Notes: generated from the letters alone by a model not told the origin. DNA of 64,000 bases from the human T2T-CHM13v2.0 reference genome, Homo sapiens (GCA_009914755.4 CP068257.2:31584001-31648000); one strand, 5' to 3'. Positions 47,589 through 62,362 are shown, counted from the first letter of the stretch. Numbers and translations: made by a program.

Positions 47589-48296
47589 AATTTTCATAAC
47601 TTTTTAGCCTGGCCATTTCCTAACCTGCCACCGTTGGAAGCCATGGATATGGTGGAGGTCATTTACATCAACAGAAAGAAGAAAGTGTGGGATTATAATT
47701 ATGATGATGAAAGTGATAGCGATACTGAGGCAGCGCCCAGGACAAGTGGCGGTGGCTATACCATGCATGGACTGACTGTCAGGCCTCTGGGTCAGGCCTC
47801 TGCCACCTCTACAGAATCCCAGTTGATAGACCCGGAGTCCGAGGAGGAGCCTGACCTGCCTGAGGTTGATGTGGAGCTCCCCACGATGCCAAAGGACAGC
47901 CCTCAGCAGTTGGAACTCTTGAGTGGGCCCTGTGAGAGGAGAAAGAGTCCACTCCAGGACCCTTTTCCCGAAGAGGACTACAGCTCCACGGAGGGGTCTG
48001 GGGGCAGAATTACCTTCAATGTGGACTTAAACTCTGTGTTTTTGAGAGTTCTTGATGACGAGGACAGTGACGACTTAGAAGCCCCTCTGATGCTATCGTC
48101 TCATCTGGAAGAGATGGTTGACCCAGAGGATCCTGATAATGTGCAATCAAACCATTTGCTGGCCAGCGGGGAAGGGACACAGCCAACCTTTCCCAGCCCC
48201 TCTTCAGAGGGCCTGTGGTCCGAAGATGCTCCATCTGATCAAAGTGACACTTCTGAGTCAGATGTTGACCTTGGGGATGGTTATATAATGAGATGA
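47589..48296 (+). CDS. IFNAR2: IFNAR2 exon 9 coding part: the cytoplasmic tail NFHNFLAWPFPNLPPLEAMDMVEVIYINRKKKVWDYNYDDESDSD...SDTSESDVDLGDGYIMR, ending at stop TGA 48294-48296.
   Basis: An acceptor ttttaag sits at 47582-47588. The 235-codon translation matches the IFNAR2c C-terminus exactly. The supplied ORF 47634..48296 is the same frame, started at an in-frame TTG. Confidence 0.95.
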   Translation, partial: NFHNFLAWPFPNLPPLEAMDMVEVIYINRKKKVWDYNYDDESDSDTEAAPRTSGGGYTMHGLTVRPLGQASATSTESQLIDPESEEEPDLPEVDVELPTMPKDSPQQLELLSGPCERRKSPLQDPFPEEDYSSTEGSGGRITFNVDLNSVFLRVLDDEDSDDLEAPLMLSSHLEEMVDPEDPDNVQSNHLLASGEGTQPTFPSPSSEGLWSEDAPSDQSDTSESDVDLGDGYIMR

Positions 48297-48645
48297 CTCC
48301 AAAACTATTGAATGAACTTGGACAGACAAGCACCTACAGGGTTCTTTGTCTCTGCATCCTAACTTGCTGCCTTATCGTCTGCAAGTGTTCTCCAAGGGAA
48401 GGAGGAGGAAACTGTGGTGTTCCGTTCTTCCAGGTGACATCACCTATGCACATTCCCAGTATGGGGACCATAGTATCATTCAGTGCATTGTTTACATATT
48501 CAAAGTGGTGCACTTTGAAGGAAGCACATGTGCACCTTTCCTTTACACTAATGCACTTAGGATGTTTCTGCATCATGTCTACCAGGGAGCAGGGTTCCCC
48601 ACAGTTTCAGAGGTGGTCCAGGACCCTATGATATTTCTCTTCTTT

Positions 48646-48953
48646 CGTTCTTTTTTTTTTTTTTTTTGAGACAGAGTCTCGTTCTGTCGCCCAAGCTGGA
48701 GCGCAATGGTGTGATCTTGGCTCACTGCAACATCCGCCTCCCAGGTTCAAGTGATTCTCCTGCCTCAGCCTCCCTCGCAAGTAGCTGGGATTACAGGCGC
48801 CTGCCACCATGCCTAGCAAATTTTTGTATTTTTAGTAGAGACAGGATTTTACCATGTTGGCCAGGCTGGTCTCAAACTCCTGACCTCAAGTGATCTGCCC
48901 TCCTCAGCCTCGTAAAGTGCTGGGATTACAGGGGTGAGCCGCTGTGCCTGGCT
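48646..48953 (-). mobile_element. Alu (antisense) inside the IFNAR2 3'UTR. TSD c(t/c)(a/g)tgatatttct.
   Basis: Poly-T, then ...gagacagagtctcgttctgtcgcccaagctggagcgcaatggtgtgatc...gggattacaggggtgagccgctgtgcctggc. Duplicated flanks are present. Confidence 0.9.
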
Positions 48954-48974
48954 GGCCCTGTGATATTTCTGTGA

Positions 48975-48980
48975 AATAAA
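48975..48980 (+). terminator. IFNAR2: Candidate polyadenylation signal (AATAAA) for IFNAR2.
   Basis: This is the only canonical AATAAA within about 2 kb downstream of the stop codon. It sits just 3' of the UTR Alu. Confidence 0.4.
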
Positions 48981-49496
48981 TTGGGCCAGGGTGGGAGCAG
49001 GGAAAGAAAAGGAAAATAGTAGCAAGAGCTGCAAAGCAGGCAGGAAGGGAGGAGGAGAGCCAGGTGAGCAGTGGAGAGAAGGGGGGCCCTGCACAAGGAA
49101 ACAGGGAAGAGCCATCGAAGTTTCAGTCGGTGAGCCTTGGGCACCTCACCCATGTCACATCCTGTCTCCTGCAATTGGAATTCCACCTTGTCCAGCCCTC
49201 CCCAGTTAAAGTGGGGAAGACAGACTTTAGGATCACGTGTGTGACTAATACAGAAAGGAAACATGGCGTCGGGGAGAGGGATAAAACCTGAATGCCATAT
49301 TTTAAGTTAAAAAAAAAAAAAGCAAACACAAAGATGCTTCAAGATCTTCAGGAGAAGTATGGTATACAAGTTTCAGGGACCCTATTTGACAATTTTCAGA
49401 GTGCTCTCTATGCTGATTCCGAGTCGAGTGTGTCAGCTGTGATTACAGTGCCTGTGGATCTAGGCCGGGTTGGGGGGGTGTGGGCGGGGGAAGGGA

Positions 49497-49795
<299 letters not shown>

Positions 49796-50849
49796 GTTGG
49801 TGGGGAGAGGTTCTAGAATGTCATGTAGCAACCAGTTTAAGGACTGGGACTCAGGGATCCAACTCCCACAGTTTCCCTGTGTGACCCTAGGCATTTGACT
49901 TAGCCTTTCTGAGCCTCAGGTTTTTTGTTTCTGAAGTAAAAGGATTGGACTAGGTAATCTCCAAGATCCTAGGAACCCAGGAGAAAGATGAGAAAATGTA
50001 CAAGAATGAACACTCAGGTGGAAATGCTGCAATCCTGAGAAGCTCCCAGGATGAATGAAAGGCACAGGACCTCTTACCCCTCACCCCTGCCCCCCTCAAG
50101 AGCTGGTTTCTCAAACCTTTCTCTTAGGCCCCTTCAAAGGGGGAAAACTAAAAATTATACAAGTTATAGTTCAAGGACTTTAAATAGATTATTTATATGA
50201 TTGCTCATAAGGATGAGGCTGTGAGGAGGGAACACCTTATTTAATCTAATGAAATTCCATAGGAAAGAGGCCTTTTGTATATTGAATCAATTTATCTGCC
50301 TTCTCAGTGCATCTGTCATATTCTGAAAGATTCTGGGTTGATCTTTTGCGATAACCTCTATGGCTGTGAGTGTGTGTGTGTGTTTGTGTATTTTTTAACA
50401 TTTTGTATAATGATTGGAGGTTGGTAAAAAGTAACACAACAGTACTTTTTTAATACAAACTTGGTGTGGTCTTGAGTTGTCTTCCATTGGAGAGCGTACG
50501 TGTGCCACAGATTGGTGCACCTGCCGGCATCTCTAGGATTGCACCAACTCCCTCTAGCTCTTCTTGGTGGCCTGCAGGGGCCTAGGGCGCATTCACTTCC
50601 CTCTGCTTGACTTTACGTGGTGTTCTAGCGTCAGACATCAGGCGATGCCGTGCATTACCCAAGACACTGGACAGCTCCGGATCTTCCCGTCTAACCACTA
50701 ATCAAGTTAAAAAGAGGAAATTAACGCTTTCTTAGTAGTCTCTGAAAGAAACTAGTTATTTGCGTAAAGATGACTTGGTTTTGTGTTGTTTATCCCTGGG
50801 GAGAAGGGTAAAGAAGACCCTCAAACTGGATTTGCTGCTGAAGTGCTTT

Positions 50850-51560
50850 TAACTCACCTGTGCGGAGAGCGGACTTCAAGAGAGGGCGTGCCGGTGCTCC
50901 GGACAAAACCTGGGGAATACTGAAAGCCACCACCACCACCGTCATTCCAGCATGCAGATCTCAGTCCTGGGTTGGTGTTGTAGGGCATTTATTTATTTGA
51001 CTTGACGGCGCCTTTCAAAGCTTGCGAGGATCCCTTCCTCTTCCTCGTGTGCATCTGCCAAGCCTGTGCCCCGCGCCTCGCGGGTGGACCCGGGCTGGTG
51101 GGCGGGGCCTGCAGCGGGGTGGGAGCCCGGTCGCCCGGCCCCTCCCCACCCCGCCCCGCCCATCTCCGCTGGTTCCCGGAAGCCGCCGCGGACAAGCTCT
51201 CCCGGGCGCGGGCGGGGGTCGTGTGCTTGGAGGAAGCCGCGGAACCCCCAGCGTCCGTCCATGGCGTGGAGCCTTGGGAGCTGGCTGGGTGGCTGCCTGC
51301 TGGTGTCAGGTGAGGGGTCCGCGGGGAGGGGGCGCGCTTGGGAACCGGGAGGCCCCGCGAGATGCCGCCCCTGATCCCATCCCTGGGCGCCCTGCAAGTG
51401 ACTTAAGAGCCTTCGGGGCCTCGGGAGAGAAGATGCAAACGCCACGGCCGGCTGCTGAGACGCAACTAGGCTGCTGCTGCCGTCGATTCTGTAACAGGAG
51501 AAAGCCCCATCCGCGCCCGGATTACAGACCGTCTGGGCCCTAAACTCAGGGGGAGACTCC
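50850..51560. promoter_or_regulatory. IL10RB: CpG island / IL10RB promoter. It carries GC boxes at about 51130-51160 and a TTCCCGGAAGC motif (ETS core, and a GAS-like palindrome TTCnnnGAA) at 51173-51183.
   Basis: The sequence is GC- and CpG-rich with stop-free ORFs on both strands. It lies immediately upstream of the IL10RB ATG. Confidence 0.7.
51261..51309 (+). CDS. IL10RB: IL10RB exon 1 coding part, encoding MAWSLGSWLGGCLLVS(A). The 5'UTR starts roughly at 51180-51200.
   Basis: The translation matches the IL10RB signal peptide exactly. A donor GTGAGG sits at 51310. Confidence 0.9.
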
Positions 51561-52243
51561 CGGCGTCTTTTGATTCCCTGTCCTCCTGCAGCTCTCTGCT
51601 GGCGGGCGTCTAAATAAAGTAGCTTCCCCAAAAGACCCAAGATCCCACCGTGGCTGTCATCTGACCCTTCTGGAGACTATCAGTTCAAGTGGAGGCCCCC
51701 ACCAGTCCCCGAGTGCCCTGACAGCCCTCCCTGACCCCAAGTCTGCCCCCTCAGTGCCAGCCCTCCCTACAGATGTGCCTCCCATCACCCGCTGCACCTC
51801 CCCTCCTTCCGGTTCAGGCCCGAGCACCCTGAAATCTGGATTCTGTCCCCCAGCGCCCCAGCTCCATGGCTTCTAAACCTAAATCCATTGAAACCTTTTC
51901 TGTCCTCTAAATTGACTGCCTAGGTTCCAATAACACCATGGTCACCTCCTTCCTTTCTCATGAACTCTTCCCTGGCCTTCCGGGATACCCCTCCGGTTTC
52001 CCGCCCTGTCAGGCTGTCTCTGCTTGGGACCCTCCTGCTCTGTCAGGTTTCTATGTAGCTAATTGTGATGCCCAAGGCCTTTTCTCTCCTTCCCTGGCAC
52101 TGTTCCTTTGGGGGATTTCAGCCAAACCCTGGCATTAAACACGGGCTATAGGCCCATGACTCGCACATTTATATCTCTCTTGGTACCAGTTGGGTGATGG
52201 GTGGTGGTTTATTATAGTCTTCTACTTTTCTACTTGCATGTAG

Positions 52244-52654
<411 letters not shown>

Positions 52655-53186
52655 TAGCCCACATCTCTTCTTGGTGTGACCTCTGGGCTCATTCATCTGG
52701 CTGTCTCCCTGACATTCCTACTTCAGCCTCTCTCCAGCATCTCCAACCTAATGCAGCTCAAATGGGACTCGTGAGTTCCCCAGCTGAGCTCCAATCGGGG
52801 CACCAGCTGCTTAAGCCCAAAATGGACATTGACCTCAGCTTTTATGCATCAAATGTATCAGGAAGTCTCCAGTTTGTTTTTACGTCTGGAAATATATCTG
52901 AAATCCATGTGCCCACCCTACCCCCTCATAGCTTTCTGCCACCAGACAAATCCAAGGCTCCTTTGTCTGTCCCCATTTTACTCCTGCCCCTCCAGAAATT
53001 TCTCCTCACGGCTGTTCAAAGAAAATCTAGACTCCTCAGCACAGCCAACCTGTCTCTCCCTCCCTCACCCACGTGGCCTTTGAAGACATGGAGCCATAGA
53101 GGAGAACCAAGTGCTGGATGTGGGCTTTTTCATGGGCATCTGTTTTGAGGAGAAAAGTTGTAAATGTTTTTGTCTTATTTTCATAG

Positions 53187-53310
53187 CATTGGGAATGGTA
53201 CCACCTCCCGAAAATGTCAGAATGAATTCTGTTAATTTCAAGAACATTCTACAGTGGGAGTCACCTGCTTTTGCCAAAGGGAACCTGACTTTCACAGCTC
53301 AGTACCTAAG
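53187..53310 (+). CDS. IL10RB: IL10RB exon 2, encoding (A)LGMVPPPENVRMNSVNFKNILQWESPAFAKGNLTFTAQYL(S).
   Basis: The translation matches exactly. An acceptor tcatag sits at 53181-53186 and a donor GTGGGT at 53311. Confidence 0.92.
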
Positions 53311-54398
53311 GTGGGTCTGGCCTCACTATTGGCAGGAACGCACCGGAGGAGCCAGCCCTGGGCTGGTCACTGGGTTGGGCCACAGGAGGAAGGGAGTCTG
53401 ACTACGGTCACCGTGTGACTGTGACAACCCTCAGGGAGCCTCCCTGCCAGCCTTTTGCTGTCTGGGAAATTCTCGTGGCCACCTTTTCTCTTTTAGGTTT
53501 TCTAGTTGTGATGGTTGACGATTTGACTGTTAATCACAGGGCTGCTGGCAGATACAGACATTTTATCATGCGTATGTAGATATAATCAGCCATAGTGGTA
53601 ACCTCATGCTGTGCCCATCCCAGCTTGTTTGTCACAGTTGATATATTTTAAAAGAAAAATACCACTGCTGTCATCTCTAGGTATGAGTAGTATTGCTGGA
53701 AGTCAGCAATGTTGAGTGGATGCTACCCAAGAAACTGAGATATGCAAAGCGGTCAGGAAGCCCCTTGCTACCATATATCACCTGTTCCCCTCCAATGGAT
53801 TATAACATCATGCCCCAGTGCCATGCGCGATGCACATAATTTGCATAATGAGTGCTCAGTTTCTCCGTGGTTCCATCCTGAAATTAAAAGTAAGACAGCT
53901 ACTGACTGTTAAAAACCCCATTCTCGGACAACAGCAGGGGCTGTGAAGGAAGAGTGAGTGTCACCCTAGACGGTCATCTCAGTGGTGATCTGAACGCCCT
54001 CTACCTCTCCTGCCTGTCAGTGTTTCCCTACGCCTGGTGAAGGAAGTCAGTGCCAGCACTCCCTTGGCAGCCTGCCACCATACGCCACATGCTGGACTGC
54101 AGGTGACACACCTTTAGGCCAGGCGCAAACAGCAGCAGGAGGCCCAAGGCTGACAAGCCAACACACCTGCTTTCTGTGTGACTCAGAAACATACGAAGAT
54201 AGACAAGTCCTTCAGTGAGGCAGGAGGAAATTTCTTCCCAGATCCAGCTGTCATTTCACAAAAATCCCCAAGGCCTGCTACATCAGAGAAGAAGTAGAAA
54301 GGTGAATAAGATAGTCCTCGTCTGTGCATTGCTGGCTTTTGTTTTTTAACTTTTAGTTCAAAATAATTCCAGACTAACAGAACATTTCAAAATTTTAA

Positions 54399-54751
<353 letters not shown>

Positions 54752-55099
54752 AGGTTCACCAATTTTTAATGTTGGTCACATTCTCTCCCTTCCTCTCTCT
54801 CTCTCATGCCCTTTGTGCTGTAATATTTCACTGTGTATTTCACAAGAACAAGGATAATCTCTTACATCACATAGTACAGTGAGAAGCTCAGGAACTTTTA
54901 CATTCATAAAATACTTGTATCTAATTTACAGTCCATAGTCCAGTACTGTCAGCTGTCCCAAGGATTGAAGGAGGGCATACTCTATAATTAATTTTTTTCC
55001 TGATGTGCATTTTCTAGTACTGATTGGCTTTATCATTTGCTTTCTGTGCTGTCTCTACTCAGTCTGAATAGCCACGGAGATTTTACTGTGGAAAATTAA

Positions 55100-55768
<669 letters not shown>

Positions 55769-56240
55769 ATGCCATGCCTTTTTGCCATTATAGTCGAGGC
55801 ACTTGGCTTTGCATGTTTATCTTTTATGTTAGCGATCCCAATGACTTCATGAAGTGACTTCATGAGGGTATCCACACCTGGGTTCCAGGTCTCCCCCGCG
55901 TGGAACTACAGAGTGAGTATGGCATGTGCTGGAGAAAACAAAATATGTGCTGGCCGTGTCCTTGGGGAAGATATTTGATCCCTAAAGATGTGATTGCCTC
56001 ATGTGGCTCTACAAAAGAGTTGTTTAGAGTTTAGCATGAGCAATTGCACAGCACAAACTCTCTGTTGTTTGCGTGCATTGGGGCAGGGCGTCCAGAGCCG
56101 GGGGCACTTCAGAGGATGTACTGGTGATTTTAATATAAAAACATCCAAAACAATTAGATGTAAATATGAGGAATGGGTCATATTACCTATTTAATGCGGG
56201 GAGAAGTATTTGTACATGCAATAAAAATAACCTAGTGAAG

Positions 56241-56535
56241 GCCAGGCGCGGTGGCTCATGCCCGTAATCCCAGCACTTTGGGAGGCCGAGGTGGGTGGAT
56301 CACCTGAGATCAGGAGTTCGAGACCAGCCTTACCAACATGGCAAAACCCCATCTTTACTAAAAATACAAAATTAGCCGGGTATGGTGGTGCATACCTGTA
56401 GTCCCAGCTACTCAGAAGGCTGAGGCAGGAGAATCACTTGAACCCAGGAGGCAGAGATTGCAGCAAGCTGAGATTGCACCATTGCACTCCAGCCTGGGTG
56501 ACAGAGTGAGACTCCATCTCAAAAAAAAAAAAAAC
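56241..56535 (+). mobile_element. Alu (sense).
   Basis: ggccaggcgcggtggctcatgcccgtaatcccagcactttgggaggccgaggtgggtggatcacctgagatcagg...gtgacagagtgagactccatctcaaaaaaaaaaaaa. Confidence 0.9.
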
Positions 56536-56621
56536 CTAGTGAAAAAGATGTTATTGCAAAACAACTTTTGAAATACTGCACATGCTGGACAATTGATGCA
56601 TTAGTTTAAAAGAAGGAAATG

Positions 56622-56750
56622 GGCCAGTAATCCCAGTACTTTGGGGGGCCAAGGTAGGATAATCATTTGAGGCCAGGAGTTCAAGACCAGCCTGGGCAAC
56701 ATAGCAGCCCCTTGTCTCTACAATTTTTTTTTTTAATTAGCTGGACTTGA
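56622..56750 (+). mobile_element. Free left Alu monomer (FLAM-like).
   Basis: gggccagtaatcccagtactttggggggccaaggtaggataatcatttgaggccaggagttcaagaccagcctgggcaacatagcagccccttgtctctacaatttttttttttaattagctgg. Confidence 0.75.
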
Positions 56751-57242
56751 GTTGGAAAGAAGGAAGGCGGAAGGGAAGAAAGAAGGTAGGGAGGAAAAAA
56801 AATATGGCCACATGTGAGAAAACCCCCTTAATGAAATGACCGCTGGATTTTCCAAATGATGGGATGTTAAGCAGCCGTGAAGAAATGGTTGATTGACAAA
56901 TATTTGTGGTATATTAAGTGAAAAAATAGCATGATCCCAATGATCTCTATCTACTTTTTGCAAGGGATTTTTCTAGGTATCACTAAGAATGCTGTGAGAT
57001 GTGATGTGCTACCTTAGACTATGAAGTCAAACAGATCTGAGTTCAGTTGGGCAGATTTCTTAGGCTCTCCACGCCTGACCCCTGTGTACTTAATAAATGT
57101 TGGCTGTTGTTATTTTTATCACCATCACTTTCATCATCACTTCTGGGAGCAACCAAATTGGTTTTGGCACCAGAAGATGTCTTGGGGGACCAATCAGATA
57201 GCTCCTCACTTTTTTATTTTATTTTATAAATTTTTAAATTAA

Positions 57243-57538
<296 letters not shown>

Positions 57539-58943
57539 AGCTCCTCACTTTTTGCAGGATGAGAGCCTGGGCTTCCTTTGATCACGTGGAGCCAATTACA
57601 CCTCCTTGGCTGTTGCGAGCTTAGATTCAGGAGATTGTATTTCCCTAGCATCCAACAGGCATGTCCAAATGTCATCTCTTTTCTTCCACTTCACTTTCTG
57701 TCATGTTCCCTTTAGCGGTTGCTGTCGGGGCTGGTGTTCTGACTGAGACTGATGAATTGTTTTATAATTTTTCCAGAGTAATTGCAATGATAGTCATTTA
57801 TAGGACAGGACAGTCACGGGTCACTTAACAACTGGGGTAGATTCTGAGAAATGCATCATTAGACAGTTTTGCTGTGTGAACGTCATGCAGTGTACTTGCA
57901 CAAACCTAGATGGTGTAGCCTCGTATACACCTAGGCTATGTGGTTTAGCCTATTGCCCCAGGCTGTAAACCTGTACAGCATGTTACTGTACTGAGTGCTG
58001 TAGGCAATCGTAACACAATGGTATTTGTATACAGGCATATCACAGAGATAAGGCAGTTTTGGTTCCAGACTAACACAATAAAGCTAAAACCACAATAGAG
58101 TGAGTCACATGAATTTTTTTGTTTCCCGGTGCATCTAAAAATTATGTTTATACTGTAGTCCATTAAGTGTGTGATAGCGTTATGTCTAAAAAAATGTGCA
58201 CAGCTTAATTTTAAAATATTTACTTGCGGAAAAATGGTAGCAATCATCAGAGCCTTCAGCAAGTCATAATCCTTTTGCTCGTGGAGCATCTTGCCTTGAT
58301 ATGGATGGCTGCTGACTGATCAGGGTAGTGGTTGCTGAGTTGCAGTGACTGTGACAATTTCTTGAAATAAGATGACAATGAAGTCTGCTGCATCAACTAA
58401 CTCTTCCTTTCATGACAGATTTCTCTGTAGCATGAGATGCTGTTCGGTAGCATTTTACTCACAGAAGAACTTCTTTCAAAATTGGAATCCTTTCAAACCC
58501 TGCTATCAACTAAGTTTATGTAATATTCTAAATCCTTTGTTGTCATTTCAACAATGTTCATAGCATCTTCACCAGGAATAAATTCCATCTCAAGAAACCA
58601 CTTTCTTTGCTCACTCATTAGAAACAACTCTTCATCTGTTCAACTTTTATCATGAGATTGGAGCAATTCAGTCGCATCTTCGGGTTCCGCTTCTAATTCT
58701 AGTTATCTTGCTGTTTTCACCACATCTGCAGTTACTTCCTCCACTGAAGTCTTGAACCCCTTAAAGTCATCTATGAGGGTTGGAATCAGCTTCTTCCAAA
58801 CCCCTGTTAATGTTATATTTTGACCTCCTCCTATGAATCACCAGTGTTCTTAATGGCATTTTGAATGGTGAATCCTTTCTGGGAGGTTTTCAATTTACCT
58901 TGCCCAGATCCATCAGAGAAATCACTATCTATGGCAGCTATAA

Positions 58944-59285
<342 letters not shown>

Positions 59286-59945
59286 TAATAAGATTTGAAA
59301 GTCGAAATAACTCCTTGACCCATGGGCTACAGAATGGATGTTGTGTTAGCAGGCATGAAAACAGCATTAATTTCCTTTTAAATCTCCATCAGAGTTCTTG
59401 GGGAACCAGGTACATTGTCAATGAGAGGTAATATTTTGAGAGAAAACTTTTTATCCTGAGCAGTAGGTCTTAATACTGGGCTTAAAATATTCAGTAAACC
59501 ATGCTGTAAACAGATGTGCCGTCCTCCAGGCTTTGTTGCTCCATTTGTAGAGCACAGGCAGAGTAGATTTGGCATAATTCTTAAGAGCTCTCTGATTTTC
59601 AAAATGGTAATCCAGTGTTGGCTTCAACTTAAAGTCACCAGCTACATTAGCCCTTAACAAGAGTCAGCCTGTTCTTTGAAGCTTTGAAGCCAGGCATTGA
59701 CTTCTCCTCTGTAACTATGAAAGTCCTAGATGACATCTTAATAGAAGGTTGTTTCATCTACATTAAAAATCTGTTGTTTAGAGTATCCACCTTCATCATT
59801 TTAGCTAGATTTTAGCTAGATCTTCTGGATAACTTGCTGCAGCTTCTACATGGGCACTTGCTGCTTCACCTTGCACTTTTATATTATGGAGATGGCTTCT
59901 GTCCTTAAACCTTATGAACCAACCTCTGCTAACTTCCAACTTTTC

Positions 59946-60249
59946 TTTTTTTTTTTTTTTTTTTTTGAGATGGAGTCTCGCTCTGTTGCCCAAGCTGGAA
60001 TACAGTGACACAATCTCGGCTTATTGCAACCTCTGCCTCCCGGGTTCAAGTGATTCTCCTGCCTCAACCTCCTGAGTAGCTGAGATTACAGGTGCATGCC
60101 ACCATGCCCGGCTAATTTTTTTGTATTTTTAGTAGAGGTGGGGTTTCACCATGTTGGTCAGGCTGGTCTTGAACTCCTGACCTGATGATCCGCCCACCTC
60201 AGACTCACAAAGTGCTGGGATTACAGGCGTGAGCCACCACACCCAGCCC
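59946..60249 (-). mobile_element. Alu (antisense). TSD ccaacttttctt.
   Basis: 24-nt poly-T, then ...gagatggagtctcgctctgttgcccaagctggaatacagtgacacaatc...gggattacaggcgtgagccaccacacccagcc. Duplicated flanks are present. Confidence 0.9.
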
Positions 60250-61388
60250 CAACTTTTCTTCTGCAGTTTCCTCACCTCTTTAAGCCTTCACAGAATTGGA
60301 GTGTTAGGGTCTTGCTGTGGATTAGACTTTGGCTTAAGGGAATGGTGTGGCTGGTTTGATCTTCTATCCAGACCACTGAGACTTTCTGCATATTTTCAAT
60401 AAGGCTGTTTTACTTTCTTATTATTAATGTGTTCACTGGAGTAGCACTTTAAATTTCCTTCAACAACTTTTCCTTTGCATTCACAACTTGGCTAACTGTT
60501 TGGCCCAAGGGGCCTGTTGTGGCCTGCAATATGCCTTCCTCACTAAGCTTAATCCTTTGCAGCTTTTGGAATAGGGATGCCCGAGGAGAAGGAGAGAGGC
60601 AGGAGAGTGGACAGTGGGTGGAGAAGTCAGAACACTCACAACATCTATTGATTAATTTCACTGTCTTATATAGGTGTGGTTCATGGTACCCCAAAACAAT
60701 TACAACAGTAACATCAAAGATCACTGATCACAGATCACCATAACACATATAATCATGATGAAAAGTTTTGAAATATTGCGAGAATTACCAAAATGTGACA
60801 TAAAGACATGAAGTGAGCATGTGCTGTTGGAAAAATGGCACCAATAGACTTGCTCAATGCAGGGTTGCTGCAGACCTTCGATTTGTAAAATGCAATATCT
60901 GTGAAGTACAGTAAAGCAAATCACAATAAAATGAGGTATGTCTACATCTAAATGTATTTAAACATAGAAAAGGTACAGTAAAAATACAGTATCATTATCT
61001 TAGGGCATCAACGTTGTATATGTGGTCTGTCATCTACCGAAATGTCATTATGCAGCACATGACTTTATTGAAAATCATTGTAATATCTTTATTTTGGTAA
61101 ATTTTTGTAAATCAATGTCTCATAAATCACATGCCCCTGTTTTCAAAAATACGTAATCAAGGAAGCAAGCTTTCTTGGTCAAGTATGCTGAATACTCAAC
61201 CCCTTGGAGAGGCACGTAGTCATTAAGATGTTCAAGTCTCTGAGAAGTTCTGTTTTGAAGACACGTATTTCTATGTTTAACACAGTTTCCACTCCCGCGC
61301 CGCCCCCCCCTCCAAATTAAGTACCAGTCAGCCTCAGGGAGACTGAAGCCAGAACTCTCCTGATTGACCTATCTTTTTGATTGTGTAG

Positions 61389-61546
61389 TTATAGGATATT
61401 CCAAGATAAATGCATGAATACTACCTTGACGGAATGTGATTTCTCAAGTCTTTCCAAGTATGGTGACCACACCTTGAGAGTCAGGGCTGAATTTGCAGAT
61501 GAGCATTCAGACTGGGTAAACATCACCTTCTGTCCTGTGGATGACA
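61389..61546 (+). CDS. IL10RB: IL10RB exon 3, encoding (S)YRIFQDKCMNTTLTECDFSSLSKYGDHTLRVRAEFADEHSDWVNITFCPVDD(T).
   Basis: The translation matches exactly. An acceptor tgtag sits at 61384-61388 and a donor GTAAGC at 61547. Confidence 0.92.
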
Positions 61547-62056
61547 GTAAGCCATTTTGTTTTCCCTTTTTTTGTAATGTCATCATCTTGCCTTGTTTTT
61601 TTCCACATTGGTTGGTCCATCAACAAGAATTCTTTGAGGGCCCACAAATGGATGGCCTTGCACAAGGAGCTTAAGGAATATAATAAAGAGAGTTGTATCC
61701 CTAAAGAATTCATGGGAGAGACAGAAAAAGATAGGCATATCATCAATGCAACAATTAAATATAAATCTAACACCTTCAGTGCCTCAAGGATGTGACTATG
61801 TTGGGGCCCGTGCTGTTGAGGAGAAGTTCTGGAAGGATTCTTGTGGTGAATTTTCTGGGAGAAAGTCAGTATGGAATTATGACTTAAACAAAGAAACATA
61901 ACGTGATAGGCAAAAGAATGAAGGCAGATGTAGAGATGGAAAATATGATGCGGACAGCCGGCTTGCCCAGAGCGAAGGACAGAGGGAGGGATAGGGCTGA
62001 TGGCAGGTGGGTTGGGTCAGACTGGTTGGTCAGCATCAAAAATTGTTCCCAGGTTA

Positions 62057-62143
62057 GGTGGAGATTGCAGTGAGCCGAGATCACGCCACTGCACTCCAGC
62101 CTGGGCAATAGAGTGAGACTTGGTCTCAAAAAAAAAAAAAATA
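62057..62143 (+). mobile_element. 3'-terminal Alu fragment (sense, about 85 bp plus A-tail). TSD attgttcccaggttag.
   Basis: ggtggagattgcagtgagccgagatcacgccactgcactccagcctgggcaatagagtgagacttggtctcaaaaaaaaaaaaaa. A 16-bp duplicated flank is present. Confidence 0.85.
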
Positions 62144-62362
62144 TTGTTCCCAGGTTAGATTTGGAGGGTCATGGTGACCACCAGAGTCCCCTAAATATGA
62201 GATGAGCATATTTAGAATATCAGGAATTGAAAACTAATTAAACCATATATTAGCAATTGAGAGAGTAAAGAAGATTAGAGGTTAAAAGAACCTAATTCAC
62301 AAAATTCACATACAGCCCTTCAAAACTCACATAGAGAAAAGCACTAAAAGAATTGTCTCTGG

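Larger units (their letters stand above)
48297..48995 (+). other. IFNAR2: IFNAR2 3'UTR (proximal part). It contains an antisense Alu at 48646-48953 and is followed by a canonical AATAAA. The true 3' end is not certain and may lie further downstream.
   Basis: The segment follows the stop codon directly. An AATAAA hexamer sits at 48975-48980. Confidence 0.5.

Noticed and set aside
47634-48296. The ORF-track start at 47634, shown as M.
   Set aside because: The codon there is TTG (Leu), not ATG. The real reading frame enters from the splice acceptor at 47589 as part of the last IFNAR2 exon. There is no independent gene start here.
49292-49320. Genomic A13 run (ttaaaaaaaaaaaaagc) downstream of the IFNAR2 polyA signal, considered as a polyA tail or retrogene mark.
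   Set aside because: It has no flanking TSD and no processed-gene structure. It is more likely just an A-rich internal-priming site.
50993-51640. 215-aa minus-strand ORF and 173-aa plus-strand ORF across the IL10RB promoter.
   Set aside because: They are GC-rich CpG-island artifacts. The only real coding sequence here is the 49-nt IL10RB exon 1 (51261-51309). It sits inside the frame-0 ORF 51066..51374 but is bounded by a splice donor.
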